Positions 13,769 through 27,549 of a DNA stretch of 64,000 nt are shown in pieces. Below the pieces are notes generated by a model. It made no database searches and had not been told where the DNA came from. It saw only the letters and a program-made list of their open reading frames with translations. The stretch is from Octopus vulgaris. Taxonomy: Eukaryota. The stretch's first letter is position 1, and each line of letters begins with the position of its first letter. Made by a program: the position numbers and the translations under genes. The DNA lies in assembly GCA_951406725.2 (NCBI GenBank), contig OX597815.1:203174001-203238000 (forward strand). The letters run 5' to 3'.

Positions 13769-13822
<54 letters not shown>

Positions 13823-13826
<4 letters not shown>

Positions 13827-14152
13827 AGCAGTTAAGATCCAGAGATTCACAGTAGAGAAGACACGTAGCGCTCAAATGATTCGAACTTAGACTCGGATGT
13901 CTTTACGGGTGATCAATTCCCCGGGGTTAAGAAAGACTATATGAGGAATGAAGTTGAACAGATATCAGATACAACAGCTTGAGCATGAAATACAAAATAA
14001 ATATATATGTATCCATGTAAAACGAGACAAAGCAAAGACGATGAAATTTAAGTATAAAATTACAAGGAAGGAAGTATGGTATTTTAAGTCCAACAGGTGT
14101 TTCTGGGGGGGGCTCCGATATCCGTCAAAATGTTGCTAGATCATTCATAATG
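13823..14152 (-). mobile_element. Unclassified insert between (TA)n arrays
   Basis: Flanked by TA arrays; on - has GAAACACCTGTT, resembling a degenerate palindromic HHR stem III. Confidence 0.3.
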
Positions 14153-14171
14153 TACGTATAGACACACACAC

Positions 14172-14216
<45 letters not shown>

Positions 14217-14217
<1 letters not shown>

Positions 14218-14317
14218 CCCACTATGAGATAGCATTTATCCAATAAATAATCCAACATTATAATATCCGAAAGTTGATGAACAAACTAATTTTGTTTCTC
14301 CATTTTCTTATTCGTAT
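14217..14317 (+). mobile_element. Terminal fragment of a (TA)n-inserted family
   Basis: 14258-14310 resembles the reverse complement of 38971-39035. Confidence 0.55.
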
Positions 14318-14356
14318 TATATATATATATATGTATATATATATATAATAATAATA

Positions 14357-15734
<1,378 letters not shown>

Positions 15735-16618
15735 CTGGGGGAGTGGTCTTTATATTTGTCGGAATGGTGTTCGCTAACATAAATCTCCATGCACGTTAAA
15801 ACGTGTATATTGCAGGTTAATCCTGATGACGCTGAAGTAGTTTTTGATGACAACAACTACAGCTACGATAACTATTAAAATGCTTAAAATGAAGCGGATT
15901 ATGGTGATGATTACAACCGCGGTAATGATGTTTTATAAATTGTCGCAGTCATAGTGAAACTGATGAAATTTTTCATCACAAACACAACATAAATTCACTT
16001 GTGTACCTACACTCACACACATTCATACACATATAAATACACACACATACGATCTTACACAAGTACATACATACATACATACATACATACATACATACAT
16101 ACATACATACATACATACATAACATGCATATCCACGCGTACAAACGCATAAAAATCCACTTTAGCACGCAAGCAAACACTGTATATCTCTTATAGTAGGA
16201 AATGTTGGATGCTGAATGATTTTACAATTTGATAATTTTTATCTTACCGGCAGAACATTTTTTTCTTCTTTTTACTTCACATTTTTCTAGAATCAGCCAT
16301 ATTTTCAAATTTTATTTTATGTATTTTTATTATTATTTTTATTATTCCGTCTCGTATCACAATTCTGTTTCATTAGAAAAATCATTTTCAGGAGATAAGG
16401 CTGCTGAGTTGGAAACTGTATACAAATCATTAAGCGTGTTCACTTAATGACATTCGCAAATTACTATTATTACGTCACAGATAAAATATTTGTTTTGCTC
16501 CAGCATATCTGTAGGTTTGTGCGTTTGCGTGAACATAATTTTCTTCGGGAAAGGGAAAATCTCAGACTCAGCATCTACAGTTGAAACTTTGGTAATAAGT
16601 CATGCAAATAGTATTCAA

Positions 16619-17023
16619 GGCGCAGGAGTGGTTGTGTGGTAAGTAGCTTGTTTACCAACCACATGGTTCCAGGTTCAGTCCCACTGCGTGGCACCTCGGG
16701 CAAGTGTCTTCTACTATAGCCTCGGGTCGACCAAAGCCTTGTGAATGTATTTGGTAGACGGAAACTGAAAGAAGCTCGTCGTATATATGTATATATATAT
16801 GTGTGTGTGTTTGTGTGTCTGTGTTTGTCCCCCTAGCATTGCTTGACAACCGATGCTGGTGTGTTTATGTCCCCGTCGCTTAGCGGTTCGGCAAAAAGGG
16901 ACTGATAGAATAAGTACTGGGCTTACAAAGAATAAGTCCCGGGGTCGAGTTGCTCGATTAAAGGCGGTGCTCCAGCATGGCCGCAGTCAAATGACTGAAA
17001 CAAGTAAAAGAGTAAAAGAGTAA
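16619..17023 (+). mobile_element. SINE family A
   Basis: Full head, body and tail. Confidence 0.92.
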
Positions 17024-17265
17024 GAATATTTACTCCTACCAAGAATGCATTTCATATAAATTGAATGTGAGTCTAGTTGTGGCATTGTTTGCTATTGTCA
17101 AAATATTTTTGCTATAGTTGCTGCTTTTTTTGTGTTTTCTTGCTATTGTTGTTGTGCAGCTTCACATCAAATTTGACATTGGAAATGGAAGTATTGGCCG
17201 AGCGAGCAGATACGATATCTCAACTAAGCTGAGTGAGCTAGAGAGGAGGGTATTTGGGTTATTAA

Positions 17266-17638
17266 TCTTTATATATAAAAGTGAGGTTGTGTGCTGTCTG
17301 TCTCCTACGATTTAGATTCCTAACTACTCCCACATTTTGCGGTGCAGTGTAACCAAAACCGGGTATCTTATAGTCGTGATTCATATCGAGCCCTTCTGGG
17401 TATTAGCGAGCGTCTACGATGAGTCTACGATTAAAAATTAAAATTACCATCTTTTTTTTCCATTTTAATGCATTTTTTTGCTATTATAATAAGGGAAGTA
17501 ACTCTCTAAAAATGTCTACGATGAGTCAACGATTTTTTAAAAAATTTACCATCATTCTTTTTCCATTTTTAATGCATTTTTTTGCTATTTTTTGGCTATA
17601 ACTCTCTAAAAATGCTTTATAGTTATTTCCATTACAAT
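17266..17638 (+). mobile_element. Helitron-like non-autonomous element, 3'-truncated
   Basis: Reverse complement of ~5080-5445; starts A|TC; lacks the hairpin-CTAG end. Confidence 0.75.
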
Positions 17639-18035
17639 TTGTTAGAATTTTGCATAGCTCCTAGAGTCTGGAAATGTGTCGGTACAAGTTGGCAGATAAT
17701 TAGTGAGTGAAGGAATTCCTTCCGGCCTTAAAGATTTTAGGTGTAGGTTTCTGATTGTCTCTAGTCGAGGCTAGTCAGTGTTATTATTATTATTTTTTGG
17801 GGTTGTCTAACGCAAAGAAACGGTCAATGTCCTGATGAAATGCTTATTCTTGTTTATGTGTTTCCGTTGATTTTGCCTGATAAGGGCATCTCGTTTGTGT
17901 CGTAACATGGCTATAGTATTTAAAATTGTAACTGTGACAAGAAGTGTAGTATGACAGTTACTGTCACTGTCAAATGCCCTATTTACTCTGTATAGAGTTT
18001 TACATTTAGATTTAGTGTTTATGGTATATACAAAT

Positions 18036-18237
18036 TACGGAGATGTACTTGCATAGCAAGTGATTTGATCTAAGATCGTGTGCTGGAACGAAAACAATTG
18101 CAGCGTGGAAGGTGTTTGTAAGCCATTTAAGAAACATACAAAAGCCGTTCGATTCACTTCAACATTTAAGTTTAATTTGTCAAAATATTTTCGTCGCTAT
18201 AAGATCGCGACCTGTTCACTGACAAAAATTCGTGCTG
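18036..18237 (-). mobile_element. 202-bp retroposed element with 14-bp TSD carrying an HHR
   Basis: TSD tggtatatacaaat at 18022-18035 and 18238-18251. Confidence 0.8.
18176..18226 (-). ncRNA. Candidate minimal hammerhead ribozyme, G3-C8 core
   Basis: On -: tttgtca-GTGAACA-g-gtcgc gatcttata gcgac-GAAA-atat-TT-tgacaaa: stem I 7 bp, stem II 5 bp, palindromic stem III. Confidence 0.7.
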
Positions 18238-19116
18238 TGGTATATACAAATATATATAAGTATTCTGCTTTTCTATAATTTTATTATTATTTTAGTTCTT
18301 AGTTCGGGGTTGTTTGAGATTAAGCCATATTGTAGTTTCTTGAGGTTTGGCTTTATTTATTGGGTTTATCATTACCGCCATTTTTATGATATCAGCTTTT
18401 ATGATGTAAGCTATTTGTTCCTTATATTTACAATAGTTTCTATGTTTGTTTTTATACTGTTTCTAAGTCTTAAAATATTAATTATATATGAACGCGGAGC
18501 TTGTTCCATTGAACAATTTCAAGTTTGTAAAAGAATGTTTTTATTGATGATAATTGGTAGCTGGTCCCAGAAAGGTTAGAGGATTACTTATCAAGTGGCT
18601 GTTATAGCTAGATATGTGGAAAAGAAGGGGATGGAAGAAGAGTTCTTGTAGGTGGTTCGCGATTTATGTGCATCTTACTTGTTTCATTGGGTCTTAAGTG
18701 TAAAAGGAGTAAAGTTGTGATACTTTTATGTTCGCTCTTTTGTTATTCGTACTGTTTGAAAACCGGCATTCTCAAATAATGCAGGTTTTTAATGCTTAGT
18801 TTGTTGCAACTGAGGTGTGAGATCATCTGGGTGATTGATAAGGTAGGTGGTGATAAACACACATACACACGCATATATGTATATATAAATACAATCAGGT
18901 AAATATACTTTTATATAAATATATGTGTGTGTGTATATATATGTATGTATATATGTGTGTATGTATGTGTGTGTATTTATATAAAAATTAGAAATTAGCA
19001 CTAAGCTTAAGAACGCACAAGGCATCAACAAGTTTGGAAACGGGAGTCGAAATCCCAAATCCATCCCCGAAATCACCTAAATATGTCAGAGGCAACAGTA
19101 GGCGAGCGAACGGTTA

Positions 19117-19500
19117 CTCTCTTTTCTCTCTTTTACTTGTTTCAGTCATTTCACTGCGGCCATGCTGGAGCACCGCCTTTAGTCGAGCAAATCGACCCCG
19201 GGACTTATTCTTTGTAAGCCTAGTACTTATTCTATCGGTCTCTTTTGTCGAACCGCTAAGTAACGGGGACGTAAACACACCAGTATCGGTTGTCAAGCAA
19301 TGCTAGAGGGACAAACACAGACACACAAACATATACATATATACGACAGGCTTCTTTCAGTTTCCGTCCACCAAATCCACTCACAAGGCTTGGGTCGGCT
19401 CGAGGCTATAGCAGAAGTCACTTGCCCAAGATGCCACGCAGTGGGACTGAACCCGGAACCATGTGGTTGGTTAGCAAGCTACTTGCCACACAGCCACTCC
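19117..19500 (-). mobile_element. SINE family A nested in the pLTR-like repeat
   Basis: Matches family A. Confidence 0.9.
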
Positions 19501-19522
19501 ATTAAAGATTATGCCATTCGAT

Positions 19523-19581
19523 ATTCATGTACCATGGTTTCGGATTCTGACCCACGAGTTTCAACCTTCATTAGCATGAAT
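19523..19581 (-). ncRNA. Hammerhead remnant (G5A)
   Basis: On -: attcatg-CTAATGA-agg...cc-GAAA-ccatgg-TA-catgaat. Confidence 0.6.
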
Positions 19582-20097
19582 TAACAATGAAAAATTCTAA
19601 ATCTGTTACATTGAACATCCATCATCGTTCTGATTTGTTTTTTGTGCCAAAGTCAGCCAACTTCGGTGCAAATATATTAAAACCATGGTACAGGAATATC
19701 CAAATGACCTCATCTTTCATGGTATGTTTTTAATTGTTTAATTCTTTAACCGTTCCGTCTCCTGCTGTTCGGTGATTTCGTGGTAGATTTGGGATTTTGA
19801 CACCTATTTCTAAACAGGTCTTGTGCTTCCTTAAGCTTAGTTTTAATATTTAATTTTAATATATAACTATATAATGCTATTTAAAAACCTGGAACCACCT
19901 ATATTATCATTGTTATTATTATCAATTACTCATATTTGCCTCAGGTAATAATAACAATGATAATATCTTTCTTCAAGTGTTTACACTCGAATTTTACTCA
20001 TAAATATAATTGCACCGAAGCGGGCTGATTTTGGCGCAGAACAAATCAGAACGCTGATGGTTGTTCAACGTGACAGATTTAGAACTTTTCATCGGTT

Positions 20098-20156
20098 ATT
20101 CATACTGATTAAGGTTGAAGCCCGTGGGCCAGAATCCGAAACCATGGTACATGAAT
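20098..20156 (+). ncRNA. Hammerhead remnant (G8U)
   Basis: attcata-CTGATTA-agg...cc-GAAA-ccatgg-TA-catgaat. Confidence 0.6.
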
Positions 20157-20244
20157 ATCCGAATGACATAATCTTTAATGGTATGTTTTTAATTTTTTAA
20201 TTCTTTAACCGTTCGCTCGCCCACTGTTGTCTCTGTCATATTTC

Positions 20245-20293
<49 letters not shown>

Positions 20294-20321
20294 GTGTGAG
20301 TCTGTGTGTGAATTATTATAT

Positions 20322-20695
20322 TTATTTCGGTCATTTGACTGCAGCCATGCAGGAGTACGTCTTGAGCGGTTTCAGTCGAAATCGATCCAAGATTTATTCT
20401 TTGTAAGCCTAGTGCTTATTCTCTCAGGCTCTTTAGTCGAACCGCATAGTTACGGGGACGTAAACACACTAACATCGGTTGTCAAGCGATGGGGTGGGGG
20501 CAAACACAGACACAATGACGCACACACATAAATGTATTAATATATATATATATACGAGCGGCTTCTTTCAGTTTCCGTCTGCCAAATCCACTGACAAGGC
20601 TTTGGTTGGCTCGGAGTTATAGTAGAAGGCACTCACCTGAAGTGCCACGCAATGGCACTGAACCCGGAACCATGTGATTGAGAAGCAAGCTTCTT
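20322..20695 (-). mobile_element. SINE family A, diverged subfamily
   Basis: Similar to other copies with more substitutions. Confidence 0.85.
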
Positions 20696-21265
20696 TATTT
20701 CACAAATATACTATGGAAGCCGTACATAAATGGAACAAATAAAGACAGGAAAACAGAAAGGAATTAATGAAATTGTACAATGAAATATTAAATGAAGCCC
20801 CTCCTCCGAGCGACTTCATTGGACCCTTTGCAAAACCATTCACATTAACCTTTTGCAACAACTAATTTATACAACATATTTTTTAAAATTATATTAATTC
20901 AAAATACCAATAATCCGGCCTTTGCAACAGTCAGTTCTTTTTTTCCTCTGTCGCTGCAGCATTAGCTTCTTTCTTCTAAAGCAATTTCTATCCTATCCAG
21001 GCACTCCACAATCTCCTCTTCTTACGACATATATTCCGAGGAAGGGCTGCCTTCATTGCTCGAAACAGAGCAACTCAAAACTTCACTTGTTCGATGTCTC
21101 TCCATCACAAGAAGGAAAACGTCACACAGCCAAAAAGAACACGCACAGAATCAACAAATCAAACGAATCCTGGGTAACCGGGAGCAAGCTTCTTATCACA
21201 CAGCCATACTTGCGCCAATATGTTTGTATGAGAGCGTGCGTGCACGTGTGTGTGCGTGTGCGTTA

Positions 21266-21310
<45 letters not shown>

Positions 21311-21312
<2 letters not shown>

Positions 21313-22030
21313 TGTTTCTTTATTAGCCACACAGGGCTGCACACAGATAGAACAAATTACAAGGTAGAGCTTTTCTTTTGAAGGTTTTAAAAAAAAAAAA
21401 AAAAAAAATGAAGGGGGAGTTTCGATCAAAAGGGATCGTAAAAGGAGAGAAAGAGGACAAAAAAAGGGGGTTAAAAAAAGGGGGAGAAAAAAAAAAAAAA
21501 AAAAAATTGATCAATAGGGATCGTTATCACAGAAATGTCAATATGAAGTGTAAAGGGGAGGACAGGTGAGGTTTACCCGTGGAAAGAAAAGCCTACGGAA
21601 AAGACCACGGTAACCTCGGTCAATGAAGTCACATTTTATATTTCTTTTTTTTTTTTTTTTTTTTTTTGCAAATAAGCAACTCTCTGTTTTCGATTTCTGG
21701 GTTCATAGGACTATGCTCAAGGTGGCTTCGTCATTCATACGTGCCATTCTTGCTACATTCACCCATCTTTTTTTAAAACATTCGCTAGACAAAACTTGCC
21801 TCTCTACTCTCACTTTCCTTTTCAAGTGGTACTTGAAGAAGTTGATGAGAGATTGACCAGAGAGGAAAGTGTTTGTCTCCAATCCTTTCAGACGCGTCCA
21901 CCAGATACATTCTTTCGCCATAGCCACAAGGATGATGAAAATAGCTCTTCCTTCCCGTTTGAAGGAAGGAGGCGTGACAATATTGACGATAGACTCAGCT
22001 GATAAACCGACTCGTCCCACACGTGACAGC
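21311..22030 (-). mobile_element. L1/Tx1-clade LINE 3' fragment (ORF2 C-terminus plus 3'UTR) in (GATA)n
   Basis: ...VAMAKECIWWTRLKGL...SECFKKRWVNVARM; aataaa near the 3' end; (TCTA)n on both sides. Confidence 0.7.
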
Positions 22031-22105
<75 letters not shown>

Positions 22106-22106
22106 C

Positions 22107-22151
<45 letters not shown>

Positions 22152-22182
22152 GAGATAGATAGATGGATGGATAGATAGATAT

Positions 22183-22243
<61 letters not shown>

Positions 22244-22267
22244 CAGACATAGATAGATAGATAGATG

Positions 22268-22313
<46 letters not shown>

Positions 22314-22401
22314 CAGACATAGATAGATAGAGAGATAGATAGAGAGATATATAGATAGATAGATAGATAGATAGATAGACAGACATAGATAGATAGATAG
22401 T

Positions 22402-22474
<73 letters not shown>

Positions 22475-22490
22475 CGATATATATATATAT

Positions 22491-22525
<35 letters not shown>

Positions 22526-22560
22526 TATAGATATATAGATAGATAGATAGATAGATAGAC
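22031..22560. repeat. (GATA)n microsatellite
   Basis: Direct array of ~530 bp. Confidence 0.97.
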
Positions 22561-23959
22561 AGGCAGATATATATGTAAATATAACTCGTATTGGTTAATA
22601 TATCATTAACCAACGTTTGTAGTGACATTTCCTCTTAGTTCACGAGTACCATTTGTGACAGCTATATAATGTATACTCTTCTGTATACAAGCAATCAAAG
22701 CGCTTCCGTTACGAAATAGGTATTTTAGAGCCTGCTTTCATTCTGTTCGCACGAATTGGCAAAATGATCTTAGTATGGCAAAAATAAAATATTGCTTGCC
22801 CGGCACCGGATTCATAACAAGCTATTCTCTTTTTCCCGGCATGTCCCATTCAGTATTAATTTATCCTATCTATTAAATATTTTACCGTTGGAGTAGTAGT
22901 TGAGAAAGATTTTGATAATAAAGTTTTGTTGAGATTTTGCATATAAATTTCCTCACTGGTTCACGCTTCCTTGTTTGGTTGTCTTTTCTATTCATTTGAA
23001 GACTATGTTGCCATTCGAGTTATTGTTAATATAGTTATTTGATTCGTATGGCTATTCGATGTTGCTTACGTTTCCTTTCATGCTGCTAACGCTCTTACTA
23101 TTTATGATCATTTGGTGTACATAATATCCTTACATCAGCCATATGTAATATCTACTCTGATTTTGTTTTAGGTTATTACTTTTATTCTTAGTTCATGTTG
23201 CTTTTTGGTTATCATTTTATTTTTGAGCCTGTTTTATTGTTTTATATTATTCATAATTTGAGTGCATATTTTATGTACATAATAAATGTACGTGATTTAT
23301 GTATACGATTTGAATTTTGTAGTTGTTGTTTTACAATGTATCAGCAGATAATGTACGAACGTCTCCAGAAAATATGAGAAACACACACATAGATGAAAAA
23401 ATCTTATTTAATTACCATGAAACTTTAACTTAGGTCTTATGTACTAACGTTTCACCGATGAAAACATTTTGGTTTGTATTGTATAATCAAATAAAACTTA
23501 TATATAACTCAGTAGTTATTTAGCTAATATGATATATCTAATTTACGTCATTTCATTAAGTATTACCACACACAGAGACTTGGTGTAGATTTCTGCTTTA
23601 GATTAGGTTTGAACAATATGATCGCAGGAAATCTATTTTATTTCGTATAGGCTTAGAACCATTTCTTTTTTGCTTTTATTTCTTTTTTTCTGTCAGTTTA
23701 TCCTTGAAACTAATATATGTCTCGAGAATATTAAAGTACTTCCTATCCTCATTTTTATTTTGTTTTGATATAACTCGTTTTCAAACACAGCCTACGTAAA
23801 ATACATTTCATTAATCTGATTATCAAAACAGGATATTTGTCAGCATTCGAAGTTTTAAAAATATGAAACAGAAATAGCAAACTATATAGTTACTATTTGT
23901 GGCATTTCCTTTCAAATTAATTTCTAGAACAATTTAAAAAGTTATTTAAAACATTTTTC

Positions 23960-25700
23960 TTATAGGTTAGTCAGAGAAGGGGGGGGTAGCGCCCATGAAG
24001 TTCTTCCAGGGTATCTCAATTAGGTTGATGAAAGAACTAGTTGTGATTACCATCAATTTGCATATAAACTGAATAGATTAATAAAATATAATTTCCCGTC
24101 TGAGCCGTATATACTTACCTTGATGTCGGATTTCTGCTATATTGCTAGTCAAAGCATTTTAATGTCTTTGAAACAAAAAGAACTTACGATAAAATTATTT
24201 TACAGCGTACATGTAAAGCCATGATCCATGCTCAAAGATTTACAATGAAGATGAAAAATCCTTATACATTATATTTATTTCTCCAACCTTTCATATATCT
24301 ATGATGGCATAGCACCATTCCTTCTCTTCAAAGCAGCGAATTTGTCACACTTCAAGGAAGAAAGAACTATCATTGTTGTTATAAATCAATCTTTGTAACA
24401 ATAGCAGCCTGGCACATTACATTCACTGGAATAATTAAAATTTATTGAACAGAATTAAATTTACTTTCATTGAGAAAGAATTTCCCTATTAGAAAGTTAA
24501 TTATTAGCATACAAAACTTCCAAGAACTTGTTGGCAGCTCATGGCTTCAATATCTTATTAATGATTTTATACTACCTCATTTAATTCATTCTGGTGCATT
24601 ATGCTTCCTTTTAATCGATAGTTTATCAATAATTTACGTTCGTGGTATATGTGTATACATTTCTTACCTAGATGGCGACGAAACTATGTCGACGACAAAT
24701 ACGTACAATTCGATTATTGGTAACAAGATGTCGAAATTAATTGTGAAAGGACACTGACTTATATACTCAGTTTATATATTCAGTTACATGCTCACTTTGT
24801 CTTAATTGGAACGGTTATATGGGAAATATTTCGCTAGTTTTAATTTCAGTATTGAGAGAAGAGATTCTTTACGGAGATTCAAGAATATGTAGTCTCTTAA
24901 AAAATTTACACAAGGTTTGATGAAAAGAAATTATTGCCTCGTTGTACCACTAGGAGCTTCTTCTGGGCAGAATTCTCCATTTCTACCACTTCCTGTATAC
25001 GCAGCGTTGCAAAAACAATAATTATTTCTAGGTTCCATATATTTACTTTTACGAAATTATAACCTTCAGAAATTTAGAAATATAACTATTATTCAAAGAT
25101 TCCAAAAATATACAATTTATGTTACATACACATTGTATAAACATGGTTGATATGATGCTGACATTTTTGGTGCTAATAGTGCCAGTTTTTTCTGTTAGAA
25201 TTTGTGTTGCTTCTGTCAAATTGGTAGACATTGAGGAGGCTTAGAAAATTTATTTACATTGAATGTTTAATTCACTGAAACTAAAGTGTCTTAATGTATA
25301 GAGAAATAGTTTTAGCTCTCAGCTTCCCCCAACGTTTCTCCTGACTTTATGGGGACTAACACACTCCATTTGATAGATTTTGAATATGCAAGATATATCA
25401 GCTTAAATCTTCAGAAAGATTGCAACGCTTTTTTCGATGGGATATGTAACAACGAAATCAACGGCGCTATCTCCAATTATCCTCATATTTTTACATGAAA
25501 CTGAAACAGAAATAAAGAATTGTAAAAACAGAAAACTACAGAATATTGCAGAAACATTTTAACTATTGCATGCTCTCTGTTCACCAATAGCTCTCGCTGA
25601 TATTTTGGTTCTAAAGTTTGCATGGGTTTTGAAAATAACTGTCATGATAAGTTACAGAAAATTTACTAACAACCTGTCCAGATCGAACACTGAATTTCAT
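23960..25700 (-). mobile_element. Possible very decayed piggyBac-like transposon
   Basis: Minus-strand EPRNNYCFCNAAYTGSG (~24985-25036) resembles the piggyBac Y..N..IYTG motif; no clear TIRs; boundaries are guesses. Confidence 0.3.
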
Positions 25701-26404
25701 CAACTGATGTCAGTGAAAACGGTTCTGTTTCAATACTACATTTGACTTGATTGATAGTACACATCCCATTAAATTTAAGACATTGTTCTTATATTATAAA
25801 TTAACATTTATCACAACTGAAAACCACACACAACCAAACAAATAAACAAGCAAATAAGGAAGTAGACATAAATGAACGCATATCTTCGAACTGATTATGA
25901 AATATTCGAAAGATACTCATCATATTCCTTCAAAACCTTCATACAAAACTGAAACATTACTTAAAATATAACTACATATCATTTATCGTATAATATGTTC
26001 CATGCGCTTTTGTTGATATTTTTCACGTGTTTAAGCTTAAATAAATTGATACGATTTAGAGCAATGAATATCTAAAATTATCACGATTAAGCCCGTGGGA
26101 TTTAACTATGTTTCTGTATTTATGTAAATATGATAATTTGCTAAACTTGATTGTTTGAATTTATACAGTTGTGCAAGTTTGTAGCTTGTAGTATATATGC
26201 AATTGATGTGAATAAAGAAGTCGTTCTTTTTCCCCTGTAATATAAATATTAGATTACTTATATCTCCGAATGTTTCTGAATTGCAAATGTGTTTAGAATA
26301 TATAACAGGTGGTAGGCAATCTTAAACCTTCCAAGAAACCAAAGAAAGCAATACTACTCTTCTAGAGCTATAATTAATTTGTTCCATAATACATATGTGT
26401 ACTT

Positions 26405-26489
<85 letters not shown>

Positions 26490-26505
26490 TGTGTGTGTGT
26501 GTGTG
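26405..26505. repeat. (TG)n
   Basis: Direct array. Confidence 0.97.
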
Positions 26506-27549
26506 AAGGCGTTCAGAAGAAATTTCTTAGCTATGTCATAAGTATAACTAAATTAATTTGAAAGTAACTCTTCTAGTACTTCCCTAGTTCCTGTATTTAA
26601 CTATCGTTTTCAAATGAAAATCAAACGGCGATTGTCCTTTGAAAGACAATGTGTTTCTTAATATCTTATTGCAACATACTGTGAAGAACTGTATCGCCTC
26701 TATCATTATCTCAGCGTGGTTTCATTTGAGCTTCTACTGCATCGCCTACTCCGTAGTTCAGATGTATTTGCAACATTCTAATTCGAAGAATTGAAGTGTG
26801 AGTTGTCGTTACCTTGTTTCGTTTTGCTTTTTCTGCTGTTTCTCACATTACTTTAGTGATTCGTATATTTGTTGTGTAGAATGTATCGTATTGTAGTGAT
26901 TGAATTTGTATGTGATATGTGAACTATTGCATGTGATTTAGTGAGGGGAGGTAACTTTGTAGAATAGTAATTGTGCAATTCGTGTCTACGGAGTGTGTAG
27001 AATGTACTGTGTGAGGTGTTTTATGGCGTTCATGCTTCGATTGTACAGAATGTGTTGTGTGACTTGTGTAATACTATTGTGTAGTGATTAAGCAGAGTAT
27101 GTGTTTTGTAGTTTGTGCCATAGTAACGGGATATTCAATTGGGCATCGATTACTATAAGAAGAAGATGAAATACTTTCGGCTTTGATATAATAGACGGCG
27201 ATCGTATGAAATGTGCTTTGAGGGTTGTTTCGAAGGAGCGTATTAAATATTAGACGATATTTGTGTAGAACGTTTGTTATGTAGGTTGTGTTATTGTACA
27301 TAGTGGCAGTTATATAGAATTTTTTGGTGAAAGTTCTATCATAACATTAGGTAGCAGTTATGCCTTATGTGCGGTGATGTATTGTTTAGATTGAGTACGC
27401 AGTAAGTTGTACTGCTGAATTCGTAATAAGCTGGATTATTGCAGCGTCCACGAGCACTACACTTTAATTATGTATAATTGTAATCCCTTGCATTCGTGTT
27501 TACTCATTCATGTATTCTTCTCTTATTAGCATAGGTAGCATTTTTACTC

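Larger units (their letters stand above)
17640..18800 (-). pseudogene. Possible highly decayed Penelope-like RT coding remnant
   Basis: Minus-strand PNETSKMHINREPP (~18650-18692) loosely recalls the PLE KPN..YI...SNHPP motif; lies next to pLTR-like repeats. Confidence 0.3.
18980..20246. mobile_element. Older Penelope-like terminal structure: inverted copy (SINE-interrupted) plus two direct copies
   Basis: 18980-19116 and 19501-19671 are the reverse complement of 20011-20246 and 19679-19860; shared HHR. Confidence 0.7.

Noticed and set aside
15823-15872. CTGATGA followed by a hairpin
   Set aside because: No GAAA, stem III or stem I
24110-24122. Consensus splice donor on - (AG|GTAAGTA)
   Set aside because: No open exon frame or matching acceptor identified
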